Made by a program: the position numbers and the translations under genes
In this document: one piece after another, positions 54,871 through 64,000 of the stretch
Layout of the letters: the number at the start of each line of letters is the position of its first letter
Position numbering within the stretch: position 1 is the first letter of the stretch
Notes under the pieces: generated by a model
Databases searched by the model: none
What the model saw: the letters and a program-made list of their open reading frames with translations, nothing else
What the model was told of the DNA's origin: nothing
Assembly: GCA_045534425.1 (NCBI GenBank)
Contig: JAZSJT010000087.1
Coordinates: 1,425-65,424 of the forward strand
DNA from: Acutalibacteraceae bacterium
GTDB taxonomy: Bacteria > Bacillota > Clostridia > Oscillospirales > Acutalibacteraceae
Length of the DNA: 64,000 nt
Direction of reading: 5' to 3'

Positions 54871-55569
54871 ATGCTTTTTGTGTGAATTTTTTGTGGCGGC
54901 ACAGACCGTAATACTGACACCTTTTGCACCGAAAATGAGAAGTGTTTTTGCAATTTCGTTGAGTGTGGCACCTGTTGTCAGGACATCATCCGTGATGAGA
55001 ATTCTTTTTTCTTCAATATGAGGTATTTTGTCTTTTAACGGTTCAAAAATCCCCAGAAGATTTCCTGACCTTTCAAACTTTGCAAGAGAATGCTGGTCTG
55101 CTGATTTTTGCGTTTTATAAAGAAGCTCGCAGCAAGGAATTCCTGAAAGCTCGGATAAATGCTTTGCAATAAGCTGAGCCTGATTATAGCCGCGTCGGAA
55201 TTCTGCATATTTTCGCATAGGAACAAAAGTGATAATATCAATATCCTTTACCATATCTCGTTCGAGAAGTGCCGAATAAATGAGCTTTGCAAAATTTTTT
55301 GCAATATCGGGGCGTGAACGGAATTTCAGCCTGAATATCGTTTTTCTTGTGTTTCCTTCATAAAGAAGAGGAATGCAGATTTTGTCGAAATACTGATGCT
55401 TTCTGCAGATACAGTTTTCTGTGGAAAAGAAGCATATATCGCACCTGTTTTTCTTTTCATGCGGATGAAGCATAAGCCTTTTGCAGTTATCACACAAAGG
55501 AAAATCCGTGCCTGTGATACTGTCGCAGCCGCAGCAACGGGGCGGAAACAAGATGTTTGTAAGCTTCAT
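54868..55569 (-). CDS. comFC: ComF-family protein (ComFC-like phosphoribosyltransferase)
   Basis: N-terminal CxxC pairs (PPRCCGCD, CDNC) and PRTase motif ILITDDVLTTGATL. Confidence 0.8.
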   Translation of the reverse strand: MKLTNILFPPRCCGCDSITGTDFPLCDNCKRLMLHPHEKKNRCDICFFSTENCICRKHQYFDKICIPLLYEGNTRKTIFRLKFRSRPDIAKNFAKLIYSALLERDMVKDIDIITFVPMRKYAEFRRGYNQAQLIAKHLSELSGIPCCELLYKTQKSADQHSLAKFERSGNLLGIFEPLKDKIPHIEEKRILITDDVLTTGATLNEIAKTLLIFGAKGVSITVCAATKNSHKKH

Positions 55570-56130
55570 TTATAAATAACTGTTTTCCTTCAGCACTTTA
55601 TTGAGCTTGGCAACGGGAAGCCCTACGACATTGAAATAATCTCCGTTTATACCTTTGACAAGAACCGAGCCTTTTCCCTGAATTCCGTATGCTCCCGCTT
55701 TGTCAAAGGGTTCCTTTGTTGCGATATAATCAAGTATTTCCTTGTCTGTCAGTTCAAAAAAGGTAACTTCTGTTTTTTGCGAAAAAATTATTTTTTTATT
55801 TTTATCGGCAACAAAAACTCCCGTAACCACAAAGTGGCTTTTTCCCGAAAGAGAGCGAAGCATTGAAAAAGCATCCTTTTCATCTTCAGGCTTTCCGAGT
55901 ATTTTGCCGTCAAGCACAACTACCGTATCTGCGGCAATTACCGTTTCTTCGGGGTAAAGAGAAAAAACAGCTTCGCCCTTCTGTCGGGCAAGCTCTTTTA
56001 CCGTTTCTTCGGGAGAAAGTGCCCCGTCGGTTTTTTCTTCGATATCGGATACTTTTACCGTGAAATCCTCTGTTATGAGAGAAAGAAGCTCTCTTCTTCT
56101 CGGAGAAGCCGAAGCCAGAATGAAGGACAT
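55570..56130 (-). CDS. maf: Maf-family nucleoside triphosphate pyrophosphatase
   Basis: ILASASPRRRELL...GAYGIQG. Start ATG 56130, behind GGAGG. Confidence 0.88.
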   Translation of the reverse strand: MSFILASASPRRRELLSLITEDFTVKVSDIEEKTDGALSPEETVKELARQKGEAVFSLYPEETVIAADTVVVLDGKILGKPEDEKDAFSMLRSLSGKSHFVVTGVFVADKNKKIIFSQKTEVTFFELTDKEILDYIATKEPFDKAGAYGIQGKGSVLVKGINGDYFNVVGLPVAKLNKVLKENSYL

Positions 56131-56131
56131 T

Positions 56132-56386
56132 TTATTTTTCCTCCAGCATTTTTTTGAGAGCTGTTGCAAGCTGGTCGGGACAGGAGGTAGGCTTGAAGCC
56201 GCAGCGTATTCCCGAAACTCTGTCAATTACTTCCTGTGCCTTCATTCCCTTGACGAGGGCAGAAACCCCCTGTGTGTTACCCTTGCAGCCTCCTATGAAT
56301 TTTACATCGCGGATGACGGTGCTTTCATCCATATCAATAACTATTTCTGCGGCACAGGTGCCTCTTGTTTTGTAATTATAAGTCAT
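56132..56386 (-). CDS. TSCPD-domain four-cysteine protein (TIGR03905 type)
   Basis: 84 aa. YKTRGTCA...FIGGCKGNTQG...CGFKPTSCPDQLA matches the conserved pattern of this family. Confidence 0.7.
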   Translation of the reverse strand: MTYNYKTRGTCAAEIVIDMDESTVIRDVKFIGGCKGNTQGVSALVKGMKAQEVIDRVSGIRCGFKPTSCPDQLATALKKMLEEK

Positions 56387-56402
56387 TTTTGTATTCTCCT
56401 TA

Positions 56403-57248
56403 TTACATCATTTCACTGTCGGAATCGGTGAAAAATGATTTAATATCGTCTTTGATTTTTTCAAGCTCCTCAAAGCTGTCATCAGCTGTTTTTTTGATAG
56501 CATCATATATTGAAAAAAGTCGATTGGTGATTTTGCTGTCTTTTGAATACAGTTCTTTATATTTTGAAATCGCCTCATAATACTGCTCCGTAACCTCGTT
56601 TTTCCATTCGGTGAATTTTTCACCGCTTGAAATAGCTTCATATGTGGATTCGGCAGAGTCTTTGAGATGTGTCGCTTTTTCAGTGACAGCTGCTTTGAGT
56701 CCGTTAAGCTTTTTCATAAGCTTATTGATATCTGCCGCAGCTTTTACCGTGAAGATTAAATCAACGGTGAAAACTGCGAGAATAACAAAAACGGCAATTG
56801 TTCTCGCCTGCTGCGGAATAAAAGAGAGTGCAAAACGGTACATTGGGGCAATTATATAGACATACACAAAGGCAAATATTGCCCAGTAGCAGGTGTGCTT
56901 GAAGCAGATTCTGCCGTGGAGATTGAGAAAATTGTTCGAATAGTCCCACCAGCGTGCATTGAAAAGCTTTTCCATTATATAGCTTGTTGCATATTCGACG
57001 GTATCTGCAAGAATCATTCCGAGAATGAGCACTATGATAAGCCTTTTTTCAATGGGAGCTGAAATGGGAACGAGGCAGATGTCAAAAACAAGACATCCTG
57101 TTCCGTATATCGGGCACATAGGCCCGTAAAGAAAGCCGCTGTTTATTATTCTTCTTTCTCCGAGAGAGCGGTATGTGCATTCAATTGCCCAACCGACCGC
57201 ACTGAAAATAAAAAACATAAAAACATAATTTATAATGGTGTCAAGCAT
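56403..57248 (-). CDS. CmpB-like ('ABC transporter type IV') membrane protein with a C-terminal coiled-coil extension
   Basis: N-terminus FIFSAVGWAIECTYRS...GFLYGPMCPIYG. About 100 aa of helical C-terminus. Confidence 0.55.
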   Translation of the reverse strand: MLDTIINYVFMFFIFSAVGWAIECTYRSLGERRIINSGFLYGPMCPIYGTGCLVFDICLVPISAPIEKRLIIVLILGMILADTVEYATSYIMEKLFNARWWDYSNNFLNLHGRICFKHTCYWAIFAFVYVYIIAPMYRFALSFIPQQARTIAVFVILAVFTVDLIFTVKAAADINKLMKKLNGLKAAVTEKATHLKDSAESTYEAISSGEKFTEWKNEVTEQYYEAISKYKELYSKDSKITNRLFSIYDAIKKTADDSFEELEKIKDDIKSFFTDSDSEMM

Positions 57249-57271
57249 TTTGTTTCTCCGTTATCTGATAT

Positions 57272-57811
57272 TCATAAGCTTTTGTATTCTGAAAGCCTCT
57301 TGTTGAATTTATCCTGATATTTTTTCTTTTTTGCAAGCTTCATTTCCATAGATGCACAGTATTTGTCGGAAAATGTAACAATAAAGCCTTCTCTTGAGGA
57401 AGGGGGCAGGGGAGTTAAGGGCCACATATGGCGGCGGATTATTCTTTCCTCCTTTTTTGTGAGCGTGCTGTCAAGAAGTCTTGCGTTGAAAGCCGCAAAA
57501 GCGGGATGTCTGAAGCCGTGGGGACGGTGAGAAAAATCCGCATCGTGCCAGTCGTAATAACAAAGGTCGTGAAGAATTGCACCTCTTGAAGCCGCTTTTA
57601 TATCAAGCGAAAACCTCTTTGAAAGGATGAAGCTCATATATGTGACCGCTCTTATGTGATCCAAACGGTTGCAGGTGCTGTGCTGCGGATATTGCCTCAT
57701 TGACTGAATTTCTTCAGTGCTGTACAGTTCTCCGATATATGAAAAAAATTCAGGCTCTGTTTCAGGTGACAGGGCATATGATTTTGTAAAAATATCAAAA
57801 AGTCTGTTCAT
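57272..57811 (-). CDS. HD-domain phosphohydrolase
   Basis: HIRAVTY, ILHDL and HPAFAA motifs. Start ATG 57811. Confidence 0.6.
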   Translation of the reverse strand: MNRLFDIFTKSYALSPETEPEFFSYIGELYSTEEIQSMRQYPQHSTCNRLDHIRAVTYMSFILSKRFSLDIKAASRGAILHDLCYYDWHDADFSHRPHGFRHPAFAAFNARLLDSTLTKKEERIIRRHMWPLTPLPPSSREGFIVTFSDKYCASMEMKLAKKKKYQDKFNKRLSEYKSL

Positions 57812-57902
57812 AAATTCTTTCCTTAATTTTAGCAAATACATAAAAATAATATCATAAAGAAAAATAAATATCAATATACAATATATTAGTATTTTGTGTG
57901 CA

Positions 57903-57931
57903 TTGACTTTTTTCGTTCAGTGTTATAAAAT
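57903..57931 (+). promoter_or_regulatory. candidate promoter for rnpB
   Basis: TTGACT (57903-57908), 17-nt spacer, TAAAAT (57926-57931). The predicted start is close to the RNA 5' end. Confidence 0.45.
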
Positions 57932-57938
57932 AAACATT

Positions 57939-58274
57939 GTGAGTGAGTTGGGCAATTACGCCCGTTTTTACGGGTGAGGAAAGTCCGGGCTCCACAGAGC
58001 AGGGTAACGGCTAACGGCCGCCGAGGGTGACCTTAAGGGAAAGTGCAACAGAGATATACCGCCTGTTTTTACAGGTAAGGGTGGAAAGGCGAGGTAAGAG
58101 CTCACCGGCATACAGGAGACTGCTATGCCCTGTAAACCCTATCCGGAGCAACACCGACAGAAGTGGCTTGCTCGGCCATAACTTCGACGGGTGGCGTGAG
58201 TACAGAAGCAATTCTGCACCAAGACAGATGATTGCCTTAAATGACAGAACCCGGCTTACAGACACACTCGCACA
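57939..58274 (+). ncRNA. rnpB: RNase P RNA, bacterial type A
   Basis: Universal blocks GAGGAAAGTCCGGGCTCCACAG, GTGCAACAGAGA, CAGGTAAGGGTGGAAAGG...GGTAAGAGC and ACAGAACCCGGCTTA, in the same order as E. coli M1 RNA. Ends are approximate to about 5 nt. Confidence 0.9.
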
Positions 58275-58283
58275 TAAATTAAA

Positions 58284-58314
58284 GCATTCCATATAATATT
58301 ATGGGGTGCTTTTT
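58284..58314 (+). terminator. intrinsic terminator after rnpB
   Basis: 10-bp stem gcattccata/tatggggtgc with two G-U pairs, 6-nt loop, TTTTT. Confidence 0.6.
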
Positions 58315-58653
58315 ATGTATCAGAATATATTTTATGCTGTCGTTGTGCTGTTTTTTGCTGTCGGTGTTATTACCGTTATAACTTATCTTCTTCTTCGTGC
58401 GGTATCTCCCGAAAGAAGCAGTAATTTTTATGTTGTTACCGTTTTCTCTCATAAGGACAAAGACTGTGCGGTGCGAATAAGCTGTGTACAAAGTATTCTT
58501 ACCTTTACGGGCTTTGCGGGAAGATGTAAAATTGTTGCTGCAGATTCGGGGCTTTCCAAAGAAGAGAGAAATAAACTGAATACGGCGTTTTGCCGTGACA
58601 CCAACGTAATAATATGCGATATGGATGAAATCTGTGATATAATAAGAGAATAA
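58315..58653 (+). CDS. hypothetical single-pass membrane protein
   Basis: 112 aa from ATG 58315. N-terminal TM (FYAVVVLFFAVGVITVITYLLL), then a Cys-containing soluble domain with no motif I recognise. Confidence 0.45.
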   Translation: MYQNIFYAVVVLFFAVGVITVITYLLLRAVSPERSSNFYVVTVFSHKDKDCAVRISCVQSILTFTGFAGRCKIVAADSGLSKEERNKLNTAFCRDTNVIICDMDEICDIIRE

Positions 58654-58721
58654 GTACCGTAAATGGTACACTTTATGGTTTATACTGTGTTGCAGAGGAA
58701 GTAAAAAAAAGGGGTGTTTCA

Positions 58722-61700
58722 ATGCTGACTTTTCTTACAGGCACATATTTTTCTGCGAAAAAGAACTTTATTTACGAAAGAATCTGTTCTTTGCTAAATG
58801 AAGGAAAAAAAGTGTTTCTTTTTGTGCCTGAACAGGCAGGCTTTGACAGAGACAGAGATTTTCTGTTTACCTACGGTGAAAAGCTCAGACATCAGCTTAC
58901 TGTTACAAGCTTTTCTCATCTGGGACGTGACTATCTTGAGGAAAACGGCTTCAGAGAGAAGCCGGAAGCAGATGAAGCGGCAAGAAATGTGCTTATGAGC
59001 ATAGCTGTTTCAGAATGTGCACAGGAGCTTGAGTTATTCAAACGCTACAGCGGAAAAATAACTCTCGTTTCACAGCTGTTGGCAGAATATGATGAAATAA
59101 AGCAGGCGGGACTTTCAACGGAAGATATGAAAAAATCCGCATTAATGCTGCCTTACGGGAAGCTCAGAAAAAAAATCACGGAGCTTTCATTGATTTTTTC
59201 TGCTTATGAGGCACTTGTCGGAGAGCGTTTTTCGGAGAGAAGCAACAACACGGTTATGATGACGGAATTTCTGAAAACACATAAGGTTTTCAAGGATGCT
59301 TTTGTGTTTTTTGATGATTTCAGAGGCTTTACCGGAGCACAGATGAAGCTTATGGCTGAAATTATATCACAGTCAAAAGAAAGCTATGTTTCCGTTTATG
59401 CTCCCGAGTCCGTTAATTCTTATGATTCAGAAGCATTTCTCCACGCCGTGAGAAATTGCAGAAAGCTTCGTAGCCTGTTAAGCAGCAGAGGAATTTCCTC
59501 AGGTGATAAAAAAATTCCTTTTTCTCACCCCGATATGGCAATAGATGCACTTTCAAAATCATTATTCTGTGCTGAAAAGGAAAAATATGAAGAAAAAACA
59601 GAAAGCGTAAAAATAATTACAGCCTCGGATAAATATTCGGAGTGTGATACCGTTGCACTTGAGATAAAAAAGCTTCTTGATGAAGAAAATTACCGTTGCC
59701 GTGATATATGTATTACGGAAAGAGATGCAGGCTATGCACAGAGCATGATTTCTTCTCTGAAAAAATACGGTATACCTGTTTTTGAGGATAAAAGGATTCC
59801 TCTTTTTGAATATCCTGTTATAAAAGCGGTTCTTTGTGCAGTTAATATTGCGGCATACGGCTTTACAACGGAGGAGCTGTTTTCTTATGTAAAAACAGGT
59901 GTTACGGGAATTGATACCATGCAGTGTGCCTTGCTTGAAAACTATGTTTATATATGGGGAATTGACAGAGGCGGGTGGCTAAAACCATTTACCGGACATC
60001 CGGACGGCTTCGGTGTTGAAATAACAAAGGATGCAGAAGAAAAGCTTGAAGAGATAAATGCCGTGCGTGAAAAAATAATTTCACCGCTTCTTACATTGAA
60101 AAGAAAGCTTGAATCGGGAAATGCACAGACCTCCTGCCGAGCTGTTTATGAATTTATGGTTGAAATAAACGCCGCGGAAAATTTTCTCTCATATGCACAG
60201 TTTCTTTATGAAAATAAGAATGAGGCAGGTGCGGTTGAGTGCTCACAGGTATGGGATACTCTCATACATTCCCTTGATGCTCTTTATGACGCAACTAATT
60301 CTGAAGACATTACACCTGTCAGATTTTTTGAGCTGCTGAAAATTATTTTTTCTTCATCGGATATAGGAAGAATTCCTGCAGGTATTGACCAGATAATTAT
60401 AGGCTCCGCGGGAAGAACAAGACACCTTGAGCCTAAAGCGGTGTTTGTGCTTGGCTGTAATGAGGGTGTTTTTCCTGCCGCTCCCAATGCAGGAGGCTTG
60501 TTTTCATCTGCCGAAAGAAGAATTCTTTGTAAAAACGAATTTCCGCTTGAAAATATATCCGAAAATATTTATGCGGAAGAGAGAATGATTGCTTATTCTC
60601 TTCTGACTCTTCCCACTCAAAGGCTTTATGTTTCTTTTTCAAGAACAGGTGCCGACGGACAGAAAACCGAAGCCTCGGAAATTATATCGGAAATATGTAC
60701 AATTCTTCCGCAGGTTGGTTTTATTGACGACAGAATGATTTCTTCCGAGGACAGAATAGGCAGTCCGGAAACTGCTTTTGAGGAATGTGCAGCTCTTTAT
60801 TATGAAAACTCGGTCTATTGTGCATCTTTGAAAAAATATGTGGAGGAAAGTATTTTAAGTGACAGATTCAAAGCTGTGAAATCGGCTGCAGAAAATCTTC
60901 CTGCACAAATGAACGATACTGCTGCGGCTAATGAGCTTTTCGGAAGGGATATGTATATTTCGCCGTCAAAGGCAGAGGTTTACCACAGCTGTGCATTCAA
61001 ATATTTCTGTCAGTACGGCTTGCAGATAAAAAAGCCCCGTCCTGCAGACCTCGATGCCAGAATTAACGGTCTTCTCATTCATGACCTTCTTGAAAACATA
61101 CTAAATCCCGAAAACAGCATAAATATAGTTGAAATAAGTGAAATTGAGCTTAAAGCACAAATAAACAGATTTGCCGAAATATTTATAAACAATTATATGG
61201 GCGGAAGAGAGGATAAGGGCGTGCTTCTCAACCGCAGTCTTGACAAGTCAAAGGATACCGCTTTTGAAATTCTTCGAAGAATGAAGGCTGAATTCAGCTT
61301 GAGCCGTTTTGAGACTGCCGCAGTAGAACTCAATATCAGTTATAAGGGGAAGGTCAAGCCCTATACCCTCAGCCTTCCCGACGGCGGAAGCATAACCGTC
61401 GGCGGTATGATTGACAGGGTTGATATTATGAAGGGGGACGACAAAGCCTATTTCAGAGTTGTAGATTATAAGACAGGCGGGAAAGATTTTAAGTTAAGCG
61501 ATGTTTTTGACGGACTTAATATGCAGATGCTCATATATCTTATGTGCCTGTGGGATAACGGAAAAGAACAGTTTGGAGATATCGTTCCTGCCGGAATTTT
61601 GTATGTTCCCGCAAATAATTCCGGTGAACAGCTTGAAAGAAATGCCACCAAGGAAGAGGTTGAAGCACAGAAAATTCATAACGGAAGAATGAACGGAATG

Positions 61701-62054
61701 ATTCTCGAGGATGAACAGGTGCTTGACGGAATGGAAAAAGGCTGTAACGGTTATTTTATCAACGCATATGTTGATGAAAAGGGACGAATGAAAGGAACAT
61801 TTCTTTCAATGGACGGTTTTGTCCGCCTGCATAAAAAAATAGACGAAATTCTTAAAAATATGGGACAGGCTCTCCATGACGGAAAAATTGCGGCTTTGCC
61901 TGTCATCGGAACTTCATCTTATAAATATACCTGTGAATACTGTGATTTCAAAGATATATGCAGAAGAACCGAAAACGATGCATCAAGAGAGCTTTTGGGG
62001 CTTTCTCATAAGGATGCGGTGGAAAAGCTGAAAGGAGAAGAAGCTGATGGCTGA
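58722..62054 (+). CDS. addB: helicase-exonuclease AddAB, subunit AddB
   Basis: 1110 aa. C-terminal RecB-type nuclease with Fe-S cysteines (HSCAFKYFC ... CEYCDFKDIC). Overlaps the addA start. Confidence 0.88.
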   Translation: MLTFLTGTYFSAKKNFIYERICSLLNEGKKVFLFVPEQAGFDRDRDFLFTYGEKLRHQLTVTSFSHLGRDYLEENGFREKPEADEAARNVLMSIAVSECAQELELFKRYSGKITLVSQLLAEYDEIKQAGLSTEDMKKSALMLPYGKLRKKITELSLIFSAYEALVGERFSERSNNTVMMTEFLKTHKVFKDAFVFFDDFRGFTGAQMKLMAEIISQSKESYVSVYAPESVNSYDSEAFLHAVRNCRKLRSLLSSRGISSGDKKIPFSHPDMAIDALSKSLFCAEKEKYEEKTESVKIITASDKYSECDTVALEIKKLLDEENYRCRDICITERDAGYAQSMISSLKKYGIPVFEDKRIPLFEYPVIKAVLCAVNIAAYGFTTEELFSYVKTGVTGIDTMQCALLENYVYIWGIDRGGWLKPFTGHPDGFGVEITKDAEEKLEEINAVREKIISPLLTLKRKLESGNAQTSCRAVYEFMVEINAAENFLSYAQFLYENKNEAGAVECSQVWDTLIHSLDALYDATNSEDITPVRFFELLKIIFSSSDIGRIPAGIDQIIIGSAGRTRHLEPKAVFVLGCNEGVFPAAPNAGGLFSSAERRILCKNEFPLENISENIYAEERMIAYSLLTLPTQRLYVSFSRTGADGQKTEASEIISEICTILPQVGFIDDRMISSEDRIGSPETAFEECAALYYENSVYCASLKKYVEESILSDRFKAVKSAAENLPAQMNDTAAANELFGRDMYISPSKAEVYHSCAFKYFCQYGLQIKKPRPADLDARINGLLIHDLLENILNPENSINIVEISEIELKAQINRFAEIFINNYMGGREDKGVLLNRSLDKSKDTAFEILRRMKAEFSLSRFETAAVELNISYKGKVKPYTLSLPDGGSITVGGMIDRVDIMKGDDKAYFRVVDYKTGGKDFKLSDVFDGLNMQMLIYLMCLWDNGKEQFGDIVPAGILYVPANNSGEQLERNATKEEVEAQKIHNGRMNGMILEDEQVLDGMEKGCNGYFINAYVDEKGRMKGTFLSMDGFVRLHKKIDEILKNMGQALHDGKIAALPVIGTSSYKYTCEYCDFKDICRRTENDASRELLGLSHKDAVEKLKGEEADG

Positions 62055-64000
62055 AAGAAAATGGACACCTTCCCAGAAAAATGCGGTTGAAGCCGAAAAC
62101 GGAACGGTGCTTGTAGCTGCGGCGGCAGGAAGCGGAAAAACAAGTGTACTTGTTGAACGTATTGTCAGAAAGCTTACTTCTTCCGAGAATGCAGTGTCTC
62201 CTGATTCTCTTCTGGTTGTTACATTTACTAATGCAGCTGCACAGGAAATGCGTTCGCGTATATATCTGCGAATTTCAAAAAAAGCCCAAGAGGAACCCGA
62301 AAGACGAAGCGATTATGTGACTCTTCTTTCAAAGCTCAATGAGATGCAGGTATGCACCATGGATTCATTCTGTATGAAGCTTGTAAAAGAAAACAGTTAT
62401 GAGCTTGGCATAGATGCAGATTTTTTGATGCTTGAGCAGGGAGAAAACGAATCACTCAAGAATAAAACCGCTGTCAGTGTGCTTGAACGGCGTTTTAAAG
62501 AAAATGCAGATACTTTTATTCCTCTTGCAAGAATGTTTGATTCGGGAAAAAATGATTCACGACTTATAGAAACTGTGATAAAGCTTTCCGATTTTGCAAA
62601 AAGTGAGCCTTATCCCGAAAACTGGCTGGATGAGATAGGCAACAGATTTTCGGAAACGGATGCTGAAAGTAGCATCTGGGGAAAATATATTATTGAAGAA
62701 GTCAGAGAAGCACTTGTTTTCTGCTCGGAGCTTTTCGGTGCCGCTATGGAATGCATAAGAGAAGACGAACAGATTTATAAATGCTATTATGAAATTTTTG
62801 AATCGGAAAGAGAGCTGGTGAAAAAAGCAATATCAGATTTCGATGCTTCCGATTGGGACAGCAAGGTTGCTGTAATTTCAGAGCTTTTCCGAAAAATATC
62901 CGCAAACAGGCTTAAAAGTGTGCCGAGAGGCTATGCGGACAACCCCTCTAAACTCGGTGCTACGGTCAAGAGGGATTATGTAAAAGATATTCTTAAAAAG
63001 CTTTCCGGTTATATGAATATTACAGTTGCCGAGCATACGGAAGATCTTTTTGTGCTGAAAGAAATTGCAAAAGAGCTTATAGTAACCGTAAAGGAATATG
63101 ACAGCGAGCTTTTGCGAACAAAAAAAGAAATGTCAAAATATGATTTTTCGGATATTGCCCATTTTGCACTGAAGCTTCTTTGTGATATAAATTCACCTGA
63201 CGGGAAAACCGAGCTTGCAAGAGAGAAGACACAGGAGCTGTCTGAAATTTTAATTGACGAATATCAGGATACCAACCGTGCTCAGGATACTTTATTTGCT
63301 TCAATTTCCAAAAACGGAGAAAATATGTTCCTCGTCGGTGATGTGAAGCAGAGCATTTACCGGTTCAGACTTGCAAGTCCCGAGATATTTATCGAAAAGT
63401 GCGAAGCCTTTCCTTATTATGACGGCAGGGAAGTTAAATCGAAAATTATTCTCGGCGAAAACTTCAGAAGCCGTAAGGGAATTCTTGATTGTGTGAATTT
63501 TGTTTTCTCACAGCTTATGACACCTTCTTGCGGTGATATTGATTATAATGACGATGAAAAGCTTAATTTTCCTGCGGTAAAAACCCCGTCGGATACCTCG
63601 GATGTTGAAGTAACGGTTCTTGAAACAGGCGAGGAAAAAGCGTACATCACCGAAGCGAGGTATATTGCACATAAAATTCATCAGAGCATTACCGACGGCA
63701 TCACCGTTGAAGACGGCGGACAGGAAAGAAAGGCCGTCCCTTCCGATTTTTGTATTCTTCTTCGTTCGCCCTCCGGGATTGCAAAATATTATGCCGAGGC
63801 ACTCAAAAACAGAAGCATTCCCGTATCGTCGGATGTTTCAGTCGGTTTTTTTGAAAATCCTGAAATTAAGACCGTATTGTCATATATGAGAGTGATTGAT
63901 AATCCGGTGAGAGATGTTGATATGGCGGCTGTTATGATGTCCCCGCTTTTCGGATTTGATGCAGATGATTTGGCAAGGCTTCGTGTTGTATACGGAAGAA
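62047..64000 (+). CDS. addA: helicase-exonuclease AddAB, subunit AddA (5' part, runs off the window)
   Basis: MAERKWTPSQKNAVEAENGTVLVAAAAGSGKTSVLVERI (UvrD-type motif I), DEYQDTN (motif II). Open frame to the window end. Confidence 0.88.
   Translation, partial: MAERKWTPSQKNAVEAENGTVLVAAAAGSGKTSVLVERIVRKLTSSENAVSPDSLLVVTFTNAAAQEMRSRIYLRISKKAQEEPERRSDYVTLLSKLNEMQVCTMDSFCMKLVKENSYELGIDADFLMLEQGENESLKNKTAVSVLERRFKENADTFIPLARMFDSGKNDSRLIETVIKLSDFAKSEPYPENWLDEIGNRFSETDAESSIWGKYIIEEVREALVFCSELFGAAMECIREDEQIYKCYYEIFESERELVKKAISDFDASDWDSKVAVISELFRKISANRLKSVPRGYADNPSKLGATVKRDYVKDILKKLSGYMNITVAEHTEDLFVLKEIAKELIVTVKEYDSELLRTKKEMSKYDFSDIAHFALKLLCDINSPDGKTELAREKTQELSEILIDEYQDTNRAQDTLFASISKNGENMFLVGDVKQSIYRFRLASPEIFIEKCEAFPYYDGREVKSKIILGENFRSRKGILDCVNFVFSQLMTPSCGDIDYNDDEKLNFPAVKTPSDTSDVEVTVLETGEEKAYITEARYIAHKIHQSITDGITVEDGGQERKAVPSDFCILLRSPSGIAKYYAEALKNRSIPVSSDVSVGFFENPEIKTVLSYMRVIDNPVRDVDMAAVMMSPLFGFDADDLARLRVVYGR

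Noticed and set aside
58011-58296. ORFs of 93 aa (-) and 89 aa (+)
   Set aside because: They sit entirely within the RNase P RNA gene, which is identified by universally conserved sequence blocks.
1-64000. Scan for CRISPR arrays, tRNA or rRNA genes, transposases, integrases, toxin-antitoxin pairs and known defence-system signatures
   Set aside because: I saw no repeat-spacer periodicity, no T-psi-C-type tRNA signatures, no recombinase-like ORFs and no defence-type domain combinations among the ORFs. The window is dominated by housekeeping operons.

Overview
This window is a chromosomal segment of a low-GC, endospore-forming Firmicute. It is most likely a Ruminococcus/Oscillospiraceae-like clostridial organism, an inference from one Ruminococcus-style dockerin plus the spoIIA operon and a SASP gene. 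It is mostly core genome. The largest block is a complete S10-spc-alpha ribosomal protein superoperon on the + strand (rpsJ to rplQ, 17651-33182, including secY, adk, map, infA and rpoA). Other core loci are:
- rpmH-rnpA-yidD-yidC-jag (-)
- spoIIAA-spoIIAB-sigF (-)
- lexA, divergent from a membrane-anchored M23 peptidase gene
- hprK-glcK-murB-whiA-ybaK-like (-)
- a type A RNase P RNA, followed by addB and the start of addA.

I found no tRNA or rRNA genes, CRISPR arrays, transposases, integrases or recognisable defence systems. The parts worth a second look are accessory or regulatory:
- two paralogous secreted PHP-domain metallohydrolases
- three secreted enzymes that share an aromatic amphipathic C-terminal tail
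- a dockerin protein with the dockerin in the middle and a Cys-rich module after it
- an ANTAR regulator whose receiver domain runs upstream of any canonical start codon, across a 30-nt homopyrimidine tract, and which is coupled to a secreted glycosidase-like gene
- a structured leader of about 320 nt in front of rpsJ
- an expanded Jag/KhpB
- paired SOS-box candidates in the lexA/M23 control region.

All calls come from reading the sequence and the ORF track. No database searches were run.
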